A stretch of DNA of 64,000 nucleotides from NCBI GenBank assembly GCA_034520965.1, contig JAXHMY010000001.1, forward strand, positions 64,001-128,000. The letters run 5' to 3'. The notes beneath the pieces are model-generated. The model saw nothing but the letters and a program-made list of their open reading frames with translations, was not told the origin of the DNA and did no database searches. This stretch comes from Spirochaetia bacterium (GTDB lineage: Bacteria; Spirochaetota; Spirochaetia; DSM-16054; Sediminispirochaetaceae). Both the position numbers and the translations under genes were made by a program. Shown piece after piece: positions 18,824-29,600 of the stretch (the stretch's first letter is position 1; every line of letters begins with the position of its first letter).

Positions 18824-20242
18824 ATGGATGAAAAAATACTCAAGGATGCATGGAAAGTTCTCGACGAGTCGATCGTCGAATACCGGGGAAAACCCATTGG
18901 AACTCTGGCGGCACGGGATCCGACCAGTGAATCGCTCAACTATAACCAAGTTTTTACGCGCGATTTTGTCGTTTCGGCAATTGCCTATCTTCTCGAAGGA
19001 AAAAGCCGAATTGTTCGAAACTTCCTGCTTCAGACCATGGAATTGCAGAGCCGAGAAAAACATTTCGACTGTTTTCGCGCGGCCCGCGGGCTTATGCCGG
19101 CGAGTTTCGAGGTACGGAACATCGAAGGCGAAGAGACGATAGTACCGGATTTCGGTGAAAAAGCAATCGCAAAGGTAGCTCCGGTTGACGCGCCCTTCTG
19201 GTGGATCTACCTGCTAAGGCTTTACGTAAAAGCAACCGGAGAACAACTGCATAAGAACAAAGATGTACAGCACAGCCTAAGACTAATCCTCGAACTGGCG
19301 CTTTCGCCGCGTTTCGACATGTTTCCCACACTGCTGGTTCCCGACGGCTCGTTCATGATAGATCGTCGCATGGGTGTCTACGGCCACCCCCTCGACATAC
19401 AGGCGCTCTTCTACACCGCTTTGCGCGCCTCTTATGAGCTGCTCGAAGATACCGAGGAGAACGCCCCCTATATTCACGGGACAAGAGAGCGTCTCGGACA
19501 TCTGACCTACCACATTCGCTATTATTACTGGCTGGACCTCGGAAATCTTAATAAACTCTACCGGTCCAAGGTGGAGCAGTACGGAGAAGCCACGCTCAAC
19601 AGGTTTAACATCTATCCCGACACGATACCCGAATGGCTTCAGCAGTATATTCCGTCTGATGGTGGGTACTTTATCGGGAATATCGGTCCGGCACGAATGG
19701 ATTTTCGCTTTTTCACTGCGGGTAACCTCATGGCGATTCTCGCTTCCCTGGCCGATAAAGGGCAGGCCAAAGCGGTAACAGCACTCTTACATCACAACAG
19801 TGAAACATTGATAGGCGATATGCCGATCAAAGTGTGCTACCCCGCCCTCGAAGGTGAGCGGTGGAGTACACTGACGGGAAAGGATCCGAAGAATACGGCA
19901 TGGTCATATCAAAACGCCGGCGGTTGGCCCTTCCTGCTCTGGCTCCTGACTGCCGCCGCAGTAAAGACGGGTCAAAAGGATCTCGCTAAAAGAGCGATAG
20001 AGACTGCTGAGCATAGAATATCCGGCGACAAATGGCCCGAGTACTATGACGGTCCTTTCAACCGGCTTATAGGCAAGGAATCGAAGCTCTATCAGACATG
20101 GTCGGCCGCCGGATACATCATCGCGACCCAGTTGCTAAAGAAACCCGAGCTGATCGACATCATAGGGTTCGAAGAGAGCAAAGACATTATTGCCTGCAGC
20201 ACTCGCATAGCCCGGGATTTTAAAAAGGAGGACCAAAAATGA
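18824..20242 (+). CDS. Alkaline/neutral invertase, glycoside hydrolase family 100
   Basis: LNYNQVFTRDF, GLMPASF, APVD..FWW, MIDRRMGVYGHPL, WPEYYDG, QTWS. Confidence 0.95.
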   Translation: MDEKILKDAWKVLDESIVEYRGKPIGTLAARDPTSESLNYNQVFTRDFVVSAIAYLLEGKSRIVRNFLLQTMELQSREKHFDCFRAARGLMPASFEVRNIEGEETIVPDFGEKAIAKVAPVDAPFWWIYLLRLYVKATGEQLHKNKDVQHSLRLILELALSPRFDMFPTLLVPDGSFMIDRRMGVYGHPLDIQALFYTALRASYELLEDTEENAPYIHGTRERLGHLTYHIRYYYWLDLGNLNKLYRSKVEQYGEATLNRFNIYPDTIPEWLQQYIPSDGGYFIGNIGPARMDFRFFTAGNLMAILASLADKGQAKAVTALLHHNSETLIGDMPIKVCYPALEGERWSTLTGKDPKNTAWSYQNAGGWPFLLWLLTAAAVKTGQKDLAKRAIETAEHRISGDKWPEYYDGPFNRLIGKESKLYQTWSAAGYIIATQLLKKPELIDIIGFEESKDIIACSTRIARDFKKEDQK

Positions 20243-21048
20243 GTGGCTTGAAGGGTAAAAACGTTCTTATAACCGGCGGCACATCCGGTATTGGCCAGGC
20301 TATTGCTGTCCGCTTTGCAGAGATGGGAGCCAATGTGGCAATAAACTACCGCAAGCGCCCTGAGGATGCCGCCGAAACGGTAAAACAGGTAGAGGCCTGC
20401 AGAAACAAAGTACAGCAGTTCGGAGTAACAAATGTATTAGTTCAGGGAGATGTTTCGAAAGAGGATGAGGTCGTTTCCATGTTCACAGAGACAATCGAAA
20501 AACTCGGTGGGGTCGATATACTTATCAACAATGCCGGTATTCAGAAATCGGGCGAATCACACCAGGTAGCTGTTGATGAGGTAGAGGCCGTGCTCGCCGT
20601 CAACTTGAAGGGAGCATTTACCTGTGCCCAGCAGGCACTCCGGCACTTCATAGATGCCAATAAGTCAGGGGTAATTACCAACATATCGAGCGTCCATCAG
20701 ATCATCCCCAAACCGCGCTTTATCGGCTATTCCATGAGTAAGGGTGGTATGCAGAATATGACTCGCACCTTAGCCCTCGAGTATGCCGGACGGGGAATAC
20801 GAGTAAATGCGGTAGCCCCTGGCGCTACAATCACCCCGATAAACCGCGAGTGGGCCGATGACCCCGAAAAGCGTGCCGAGGTAGAGCAACACATTCCGTT
20901 AGGCAGGCCAGCAGAGGCCGATGAGGTTGCGGGAATAGCCGTTTTCCTCTCCTCCGATGAGGCCGCTTACATGACCGGCCAGACCCTTTTCGTCGACGGA
21001 GGATTGACCCTCTATCCAGATTTCCGCACGGCCTGGTCTTCAGAATAG
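20239..21048 (+). CDS. Glucose 1-dehydrogenase-type SDR
   Basis: TGGTSGIG, NNAG, ISSVHQIIPKP, YSMSK; ATGA overlap with invertase stop. Confidence 0.85.
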   Translation: MSGLKGKNVLITGGTSGIGQAIAVRFAEMGANVAINYRKRPEDAAETVKQVEACRNKVQQFGVTNVLVQGDVSKEDEVVSMFTETIEKLGGVDILINNAGIQKSGESHQVAVDEVEAVLAVNLKGAFTCAQQALRHFIDANKSGVITNISSVHQIIPKPRFIGYSMSKGGMQNMTRTLALEYAGRGIRVNAVAPGATITPINREWADDPEKRAEVEQHIPLGRPAEADEVAGIAVFLSSDEAAYMTGQTLFVDGGLTLYPDFRTAWSSE

Positions 21049-21155
21049 CGAGATGTTTGGAAATATAGCCGATTCTACACGAAGCTTGATTTGAGTTCAG
21101 GTACCTATTCAGGTGCACATACAGATACATGCTGAAATATTGTTCTGTGTAGTGC

Positions 21156-21470
21156 TTGTTTTTCATTTCTATATTATGGATGAGGGTCTGCGCAGTCATC
21201 GCCGGTGGATGCGCTTCCGGCACACTTATGCGGGTTGGCGAAGGATTCATGATGCAGTGGCTTTCCATCATTTTTTTCATCATCGGTTCGGTAATTGGAG
21301 TGGCCATTTATCCTCTCTGGAAGCCTCTGTTGCAGTCCGGTTCGGCAGTGTACCTACCCCGGGTTCTGGGAGGTTGGTTGCCGGCATTGATTCTGCAGTT
21401 CGCCCTGCTGCTGGGCTTATACATCCTGGCAGACTGGTGGAAAACAAAAAAGCCTCAGAAGGCTAATAGG
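21156..21470 (+). pseudogene. YeeE/YedE sulfur-transporter-family fragment
   Basis: AGGCASGTLMRVGEG motif; remainder of the protein absent. Confidence 0.65.
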
Positions 21471-21632
21471 CACAAACCAATAACAAACAGTAACAACAGC
21501 GACGGGATGCACCATTCCGTCGCTGTTTGCAGTTGTGAAATATCCGCTTTCTTCATTACAAGGCAATCGTCTCAATACTACAGTACCTTTGCGTAGCAAT
21601 GCAGTTATATTGTCAATAGATTTTTCCATCGT

Positions 21633-21727
21633 TTCAGACTCAATATGTACCGAAAAAAGCGGTTCATACCGGTATCGAAACTGAAGATGAGCACGTTCCG
21701 CCCCGGACTTGTATCTGCATACACGAG
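21633..21727 (-). pseudogene. Remnant of a paralogous vapC 3' end
   Basis: Aligns to 17661-17780 (TTCAGACTCAATAT...GCGGTTCATACCGGTATCGAAACTGAAG...ACACGAG) with a short deletion. Confidence 0.7.
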
Positions 21728-21887
21728 AAGTTCTATTTTCATACCAACGGTTCACATAGACCCGCAGCAACCACTTTCACTCTCAAAAATGTATAGGTCC
21801 TTAACTGACTGCGTGTTGTTCGAATCATTACAGCACAGCACCAGCTGGGAAGGAGTATAAAGGACCTTTAGTGAAAGATCGCTTCTG

Positions 21888-22313
21888 CTACTGAAATGAG
21901 AGCAGTTTTTCAGATTCAGGGTCGTAATAATTCATGAAGTCGCTGGAGAAGTTAATCCATACCTTCTCGTCCATCTTGAGTGAGGAGAAACCGTTCACGA
22001 GCACCGTGAAGTCGACACCCTGACTTTGTGCCTTAATGATCGTCTCGGACCCTGCCGGCAGGACCGAGTAGACACTCGCCTCTAACCAGCCTTCTGCATG
22101 CTCATGCGAAAGAAAGGTTTTACCGTCTATGATGGTTTTTCCCTCATCCGCATCCTCGAGTCCCGCGATCACTCTCAGAGTGGTAGACTTTCCACAACCC
22201 GACGGCCCGAGGAGAGTCAGAAACTCTCCCTCCGCCAGACTGAAATCAACATTTCGTACAGCGGGAACCCCGCTGTACGATTTTTTTATTCTTTCAACTA
22301 CGATTTTAGACAA
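21888..22313 (-). pseudogene. Sugar ABC ATPase with large internal deletion
   Basis: Walker A GPSGCGKST joined to a TOBE-like C-terminus; no signature motif or Walker B. Confidence 0.8.
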
Positions 22314-22599
22314 AGTTGTTCCTCAAACATTCTAGTTCGAAGTCTCGCGTGTCCAAAAAGCTAACACTCTCGGACCCTCATTCCACATAATATTGAAAGG
22401 AGGAGGATTAGTAAAAATTCCTTCCAATATTTTCCAGTGCTTTTTTATTCACGGTTTTCTGGTACCACTAAACGGTACTACAGTCAATATGAAAATTGAG
22501 CCCTATCGTTGTCGTCGGCGGTTATAGCTCCGGCGGATTTGCTGATTAGCCTAAAGCACATACCTCGTTTTAAGCCTGTACAAAGACGCGTATACTCAT

Positions 22600-23504
22600 A
22601 TCCGCAGCACACCTGCGGATAAATCAACTATCTCCGCATGAGCTTTGCAGATATGACGTCTTATTACGATCTACTCAGGGCGGAGACCTTTCTGAAACTC
22701 TCGATGCGGCCTCAAGCATTGAGGGAAGAGCTGGAGGAAGTCGTTTCCCGTCGAGCCTTGAGAGGGCCGGTCATTATTGATGAAGTTCACTCTATAATAG
22801 AGGATTTGCAGCTTCAATTCATCCTCACCGGCTCGAGTGCAAGAAAAATCAAACGGCGAGGAACCAACCTCCTTGGGGGACGGGCATGGACAAGAAGACT
22901 TCATCCCCTTTGCTCAGCCGAAATCGGTGACTACAATGTGCAGAGAATATTTCACTATGGTTCCATTCCGGTGATGTATGATTCGGAATACCCGGAGGAA
23001 GATTTAAAAGCCTATTGTGGAACCTACCTGCAGCAGGAAATTGCGGAAGAGGGGGCGGCGGAAAAATTGATGCTTTCAGCCGTTTTCTCAGGACCGCCGC
23101 CCTCTACAACGGAGAGCAGGTAAACTATGAAGCCTGGGCATCCGATGCGGCAGTTCCGGCCCGCACCATCAGAGAGTATTTTTCCGTATTGGAGGATACC
23201 CTCCTTGGGGAAATGCTGAATCCCTGGACCCGCGGGAAAAAACGAAAAGCCGTCAGTGCGGGCAAGTTTTTTTTCTTCGACCTTGGGGTACGCAATTATT
23301 GGTGATGATACGGCAATTGAGGTAAAGGCGTCGTCAAACCCCTCGGAGCGGCATATAAAAAACCTCCTGGAGCTGAAAAACGAAGGGCAATTCAGGCATC
23401 TCCTGCTGGTCTGTTCCGTCGATACTCCAAGAAAGCTCAAGGAAGTGGAGATCTTGCCTCTGAAGGTCTTTCTTCAGCGCCTCTGGGAGGGGGAATACTC
23501 CTAG
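22600..23504 (+). pseudogene. AAA_14/DUF4143 ATPase, frameshifted and internally deleted
   Basis: IIDEV, FILTGSSARK, NLLGGRA, FFFFDLG and AIEVKAS spread over three frames. Confidence 0.8.
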
Positions 23505-23651
23505 ACCGCCGGTTTTTCCTCATGATTTTGCGCGTCAAGGGCCATGGGAACAGGCCTAATTGGGTTTCTACGTTTGGACATCAAAGAGATCATCACGTAC
23601 ATTTCGAGCTGCAACGAGTAAGTTCTTGACCCGGTAACGAGTGCAGCGTAT

Positions 23652-23676
23652 AATTATAGTCATCTTGACTATAATT
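23652..23676. promoter_or_regulatory. Inverted-repeat operator of Phd/VapC module
   Basis: AATTATAGTCA-TCT-TGACTATAATT just upstream of the antitoxin ATG. Confidence 0.7.
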
Positions 23677-23687
23677 TTGGAGTTTGC

Positions 23688-23963
23688 ATGACAGATATAT
23701 TTGTTTCTATAGCGGAATTCAAGGCGAAACTCTCCCAATATCTTTCGAGAGGAAAGGAAACTGGACACCGGATCATTGTTACAAAGAGAAGACAGCCGAT
23801 TGCTTCCGTTATTCCCTATGGCGAAACGAACGGAAAAATAACGCCAATGGAAGGCCTTGCATCAATTGCCGGTCGGTGGTCATCCCTGGAGGATATTTCC
23901 CCCTTTATTGACGAGGCAATCGAGACACGAAAAGACGAGGGATATCGTGAAATACCTTTTTGA
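23688..23963 (+). CDS. Phd/YefM antitoxin
   Basis: SIAEFKAKLSQYL...IIVTKRRQPIA. Confidence 0.9.
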   Translation: MTDIFVSIAEFKAKLSQYLSRGKETGHRIIVTKRRQPIASVIPYGETNGKITPMEGLASIAGRWSSLEDISPFIDEAIETRKDEGYREIPF

Positions 23964-24357
23964 CACCGATACGGTAACCACCCTCCTGAAACCGAACCCG
24001 CCTTCATATCTTTTGGAAAGGATGCACACAGTCGAAGCTCACGAACAACATGTTTCCACCATCACGGTTCTCGAAATAAGTTATGGAGCCTACAGGAGTT
24101 CCAGTCCACAAAAATATTTGGACTTCCTGGAAACAGAAATACTTCCGCGGGTACAGATGCTCTCATTCGACGATACAGCAGCCTATATGGCTGGACGCAT
24201 TCGGGCTGAACGGGAGTCTCTCGGCAAACCAATAGCCCCACTGGATCTGCAAATTGCCGCCATAGCCTGGGCAAACGGCTGCACGCTCGTAACCGGGAAC
24301 ACTCGTCATTTCGAATCCATACCGCAAATAGAGGTACAAAACTGGATACGCCTGTAG
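23947..24357 (+). CDS. vapC: VapC/PIN toxin
   Basis: YLFDTD, DLQIAAIA, LVTGNTRHF; GTG start overlapping antitoxin. Confidence 0.9.
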   Translation: MKYLFDTDTVTTLLKPNPPSYLLERMHTVEAHEQHVSTITVLEISYGAYRSSSPQKYLDFLETEILPRVQMLSFDDTAAYMAGRIRAERESLGKPIAPLDLQIAAIAWANGCTLVTGNTRHFESIPQIEVQNWIRL

Positions 24358-24606
24358 CTATGTCCTGGCACAGGAGCCCGGAGGCGAAGGACTAATGCGT
24401 CCTCCTCAGGGAAGGGAGAGTTCGTGACAGCCGACTTCCTGGTCACCAGTTATTTGAGACATTTCCCGGATGAATCCCTCATTATTACACCGAGAGTTTT
24501 TACAGAGAGGGAATTGGGCCTGTGATGGAGAACTAATGTCTCTATGCACTGTAGTGTCCGTTCGTCGGTGAACAGTCGGTATAGACTGTACTATCTGTTA
24601 CAATGT

Positions 24607-24650
24607 ATTCCCAAAAAAAATGTGAATTCTTCCTATTGCTTTAGGGAAAA
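24607..24650 (+). promoter_or_regulatory. 44-bp conserved upstream element (copy A)
   Basis: ATTCCCAAAAAAAATGTGAATTCTTCCTATTGCTTTAGGGAAAA; 42/44 identical to reverse complement of 34473-34516. Confidence 0.8.
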
Positions 24651-24815
24651 GCCTTCTGTTAATCTTACTATTGCGTGCAGCATGGAGCAATTGGATTTTT
24701 TTCTGTTATAGATTTAATTTTATTATAAGAAAAAAATAGAGCTTCTTGATGTGTGACTATTTTTCAATACGGCTAGGTTTTGATGACAATGACAGACGCA
24801 ACAGAAGAGGGCATC

Positions 24816-26573
24816 ATGCGGAAGAGCATACTACTACTGTCCTCTGTCTTTATGATCTTACTCCCTTCCGTCCTCTACGGCCAAACAGAAGCCCTTGAAA
24901 GACTGGAAGACGAGCCCCCTGAGCATGAAAGCATTACCATCGTGTACACTTCCGATCTCCAGCAGCGACTTATCGAAAGCATCGAGGGAGACTTCGGCCT
25001 CGTAGAACTCTCTGCAGCGGTCAAATATGCCCGGCAGCAGTACAACCTCATCCTCCTCGATGCCGGAGGATCGAGGAAGTCTGACACACGGTCGGCAATG
25101 GAAGTACAGAGGTATGACGAGGGTCGCCAACTCTATGCAAAGATTCTCGATGAAACGGGCTATGACGCGCAGATACCAGGCAGCGCAGAATTTGCCTGGG
25201 GAATCCATTCTCTGCGTGAGCTCGACCAATCGACCTCGTTTCCCATACTTTGTGCAAATATAGAAACAGAGATAGATTCTTCCGAAGTCGATGAGCCCGA
25301 AGGCACAGCCTCAGGTGCAAGCAATCCTTTCGAAGGATATCAGGTATTCACATTCGAAGGGATCAAGGTGGGAGTATTCGGTATCACCTCACCGAAATCG
25401 ATAGGGCTACTCGAGGGAGAACATGCAACACCCACTTTCCACATAACCGATCCGATTGCCGCGGCAGAGCAGGCTTTGGCTAAGCTCAAAGCTGCAGGTG
25501 CAGAAGTAATAATCGCTGTTACACATATTGGATTGTTCGATCTGTATGAACGAGGGTATTTTGACAATGAGGATATTAAACGGGCCGAACAGCGGCTATC
25601 AGGCCGCGTAGACCTCATCATAGACGGCGGCAACAGCTCCCGTGAGAACCCCGATGTGTACCAACTTGGAAAGACGGTAATTGCTCGCACCGGCGGGGCC
25701 AGTTCCATAGGGGATGCCGAGATCTCTGTTAAGAATAGAGAGGTGACGGGTATCGACATCCGCATGATCGACAAGAAGACTATCGAAGAGGCTGGGTTCG
25801 AGCCTATGCCGGAAGTTGTGTCGCTGATCGATCGTCTCTCGGTGGCGATGGATACCAAGACGCAGACGAAGACGGCGGAAAAGCCAGAAGAGGAGCCTGC
25901 CGAGCAGATTGAACCTAAAAAAGAGCAGGAGCCTCAGGAGGTGGAGAAGGACTCCTCTGAAGAGCTTGATCCCGCATCTCCTCCCGAAGAGGAAAAAGGG
26001 CAGGAAGGAAGTGAGGCTCAGAGCAGGGATAGGGAAGTAGACGAAACTGACGAGGAAGGCTTCGTTATGCCGCAGCTCGAGTTATTTTTTATACCCGGAC
26101 TCACCCTTTACAGCGGTGCCACCGGCTACGGATTAACCATTGGGGCTATGAGCGATCTGGAAGAGCTCTTCGGTCTTTCCTCTCCAGCTGGGAATGTGAT
26201 GCTGGGCCTACTCCTCCGTTATGACGGTTTGAGTATGTCCGCAGAAAATCTGAACCTCAACTCACTCGGGCCGGCACTTATCGCCGGCTACATCTTAGAT
26301 CCTTCAGCTTACCTGGCCGAGATTACCTTTCTCGAAGGCATGCGGGTTATGCCACGGCTCACTCTTGGAGGAATGAGCCTGGACGTCTCGAAAGATGGGC
26401 GCAGCGCCCACTCGGGATTCAGTGCATACCTCGCACCTGGCGTGCTTATAGATAAAAAACTACCCTTCGAGATCGACCTGCGAGCGGGGCTGTCGGCCGA
26501 ATATAACATTACTTTTGGGAACACCGTGTGGAGAAGCTTCCACACGGGAGCCTTCGTGTCCTGGACTTATTAG
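24816..26573 (+). CDS. Degenerate 5'-nucleotidase-type phosphoesterase domain + acidic linker + predicted outer-membrane beta-barrel (paralog A)
   Basis: Signal peptide; TSDLQ, LDAGG, PGSAEF, FPILCANI, KVGVFGITSP; E/K/P-rich linker; amphipathic strands ending FVSWTY. Confidence 0.75.
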   Translation: MRKSILLLSSVFMILLPSVLYGQTEALERLEDEPPEHESITIVYTSDLQQRLIESIEGDFGLVELSAAVKYARQQYNLILLDAGGSRKSDTRSAMEVQRYDEGRQLYAKILDETGYDAQIPGSAEFAWGIHSLRELDQSTSFPILCANIETEIDSSEVDEPEGTASGASNPFEGYQVFTFEGIKVGVFGITSPKSIGLLEGEHATPTFHITDPIAAAEQALAKLKAAGAEVIIAVTHIGLFDLYERGYFDNEDIKRAEQRLSGRVDLIIDGGNSSRENPDVYQLGKTVIARTGGASSIGDAEISVKNREVTGIDIRMIDKKTIEEAGFEPMPEVVSLIDRLSVAMDTKTQTKTAEKPEEEPAEQIEPKKEQEPQEVEKDSSEELDPASPPEEEKGQEGSEAQSRDREVDETDEEGFVMPQLELFFIPGLTLYSGATGYGLTIGAMSDLEELFGLSSPAGNVMLGLLLRYDGLSMSAENLNLNSLGPALIAGYILDPSAYLAEITFLEGMRVMPRLTLGGMSLDVSKDGRSAHSGFSAYLAPGVLIDKKLPFEIDLRAGLSAEYNITFGNTVWRSFHTGAFVSWTY

Positions 26574-26608
26574 GTCTGTTCGAAGGTTAAAATCGGGAGG
26601 TTAATTTC

Positions 26609-29600
26609 ATGAATTCAAGATACATGCGGAACATACTCCGAATCGGATCGGTGGTAACTCTGACTCTGCTTGTGGCAGCGGCGCTTAGTTGTTCAAACCC
26701 ATTGTCGGAGTCAGAACAGATCAAGGAAGAGTTCCTCGAAGAGGACACCGCCGACATTACGATTGAATTCAGTGATGGCGAGAACGCCTCGGCGGTTACG
26801 AAGGACTTGCACCTCCCGAACAAGATAAATGGTACCTCCGTTACATGGTCCTCAAGCAACCCGAGCGTCATACAGAACAACGGCACAGTGCACCGACCGG
26901 CCTTCGATGCAGAAGATAAAACGGTCACACTCACAGCAATACTCGACTACGACGGAACCACGAAAACAAAGAGTTTTGAGGTGAGGGTGGAAAGATTATA
27001 TAAGGTCACTTATGAAACCTATCATTCTCAGATCAACGGGGATCTTCCAGTTCCGCAAGGTGCTGACTCGTACAACATCATTACGCTCAATGATGTAAGC
27101 AGTCTGATCAGCAGAGATGGGTTCAACTATGTTGGGTGGACAACTGTCCCAGAGTCCAGTAGCCCAGAATTCAATCCTGCCGAAGAAATTGTGTTGAGCG
27201 GAGACCTGACATTGTATCCATGCTGGTCAGAGGGTTCTTACAACGTGGTATATGACGGTAATGACGGAGAATATGTTGGTACGGCAACGGATGTGCCCGC
27301 TTCGTCGACTGAAGAATACAATTCTGAGATAACCGTTGCCTCGCAAGGCAGTATGGCGCGCCCCGGTTACACATTTGCAGGCTGGAATACTAAAGAAGAC
27401 GGCACCGGTGACCACTATGATCCTGAGGATTCTCAAGGCAATGCATTTACAATTCCGGCCCAAAACACCACACTGTATGCCCAGTGGACGCCCATTGAGT
27501 ACAGCATTGCCTACGAATTGAACGGGGGCTCCAATGTGGCGGGTAATCCTAACAGCTACACAATCGAGAATTTACCGATAATGCTGGAAGATGCGTCGAA
27601 AACAGACTTCCTTTTCGATGGCTGGGTCGATGGGGAAGATATTCCGACGAATAAAATCCCCATCGGATCGACTATGAATGTTGTTCTGAAGGCGCAATGG
27701 TCTCAAGAGTCAGTTACTTTTGAGAGTGTTGTACAAACAGGCGGAACGTCGGGTACAAGCAATTCGACAGGCTTGATACTAACCTTTGATGTAGATCCAG
27801 CCACATTGGTTGCAGATGATATTACGGTAACCGGAGCGAGCAAGGGAGCATTAACGGGAAGTGGAACCACTAGAAGCCTTGCTATTTCCGATATTGGCGT
27901 TGGAGATGGAGAAATGGTATCAGTTGCCATAACAAACCCATCGGGATACTTGGTTAGCGGCTCACCGAAGTCAGCGGTGGTATATAAAGATACAAGGGAA
28001 GCAGTTACTTTTGAGAGTGTCGTTCAAACAGGAGGAATTTCGGGAACAAAAGACTCAACAGCTTTAACACTAACCTTTGATGTTGACCCGACCACATTGG
28101 TAGCAAATAATATTACGGTAACCGGAGCGACTAATGTTGCATTAAGTGTAAACGGAACAACAAGAACGCTACTTATTTCTGGAATAACCGTGGCGAATGG
28201 TGAAATGGTTTCAGTGGCGATAGCAGACCCCTCAGGATACTCGATAAGCGGCTCACCGAGGTCAGCGGTGGTATATAAAGATACAAGAGAAGCAGTTACT
28301 TTTGAGAGTGCTGTTCAAATCGGGGGAACATCGGGTATAGTCGATACGACGGGGTTAGAGCTGTCTTTTGATGTAGATCCGTCCACATTAACGGCAGATG
28401 ATATTACGGTAAACGGAGCGACCAAGGGCGCATTATCCGACAATGGCGCGACACGAAGCCTTGCTATTTCTGATATTACTGTTGGAGATGGAGAAACAGT
28501 ATCGGTTGCGATAACAAACCCCTCGGGATACTCGATAAGTGGCTCACCGAAGTCAGCGGTGGTATATAAAGATACAAGAGAAGCAGTTACTTTTGAGAGT
28601 GCAGTTCAAATTGGGGGAACATCGGGTACAAGCGATACGACGGGGTTAGAGCTTTCTTTTGATGTAGATCCGGCCACATTGGCCGCAGATGATATTGTGG
28701 TAACCGGAGCAACCGAGGGTGGACTGACGGGAAGCGGAACGAATAGGAATCTTGCTATTTCTGATATTACTGTTGGAGATGGAGAAACAGTATCGGTTGC
28801 GATAACAAATCCTTCGGGATACGTGATAAACGGCTCACCGAGGTCAGCGGTGGTATACAAGGATACAAGAACCGCTGTTACTTTTGAGAATGCTGTTCAG
28901 ACAGGCGGAACGTCGGATATAAGCGATTCGACAGGTTTGACACTGAGCTTTAATATAGATCCGAGCACATTGGCCGCAGATAACATTACGGTAACAGGAG
29001 CGACCAAGGGTGCGCTGACGGGAAGCGGAACGACTAGAAACCTTGCTATTTCTGACATTACAGTTGCTAATGGAAAAACGGTAACGGTTGCCATAACAAA
29101 CCCATCGGGATACCTGATAAGTGGCTCTCCGCAGACAGCGGTGGTGTATAAAACTCCAATACCTGTCACTTTCCAAAGCGCCGTTCAGACAGGCGGAACG
29201 TCGGATATAAGCGATTCGACAGGTTTGACACTGAGCTTTAATATAGATCCGAGCACATTGGCCGCAGATAACATTACGGTAACAGGAGCGACCAGGGGTG
29301 CGCTGACGGGAAGCGGAACGACTAGAAACCTTGCTATTTCTGACATTACAGTTGCTAATGGAGAAACAGTATCAGTTGCCATAACAAACCCATTGGGATA
29401 CCTGATAAGTGGCTCTCCGCAGACAGCGGTGGTGTATAAAGCTCCAATACCTGTCACTTTCCAAAGCGCCGTTCAGACAGGCGGAACGTCGGATATAAGC
29501 GATTCGACAGGTTTGACACTGAGCTTTGATGCAGAACCGAGCACATTGGCCGCAGATAACATTACGGTAACAGGAGCGACCAAGGGTGCGCTGACGGGAA

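Noticed and set aside
24816..26573. Annotation as an active 5'-nucleotidase
   Set aside because: Metal-binding and catalytic residues are substituted and the substrate-binding domain is absent
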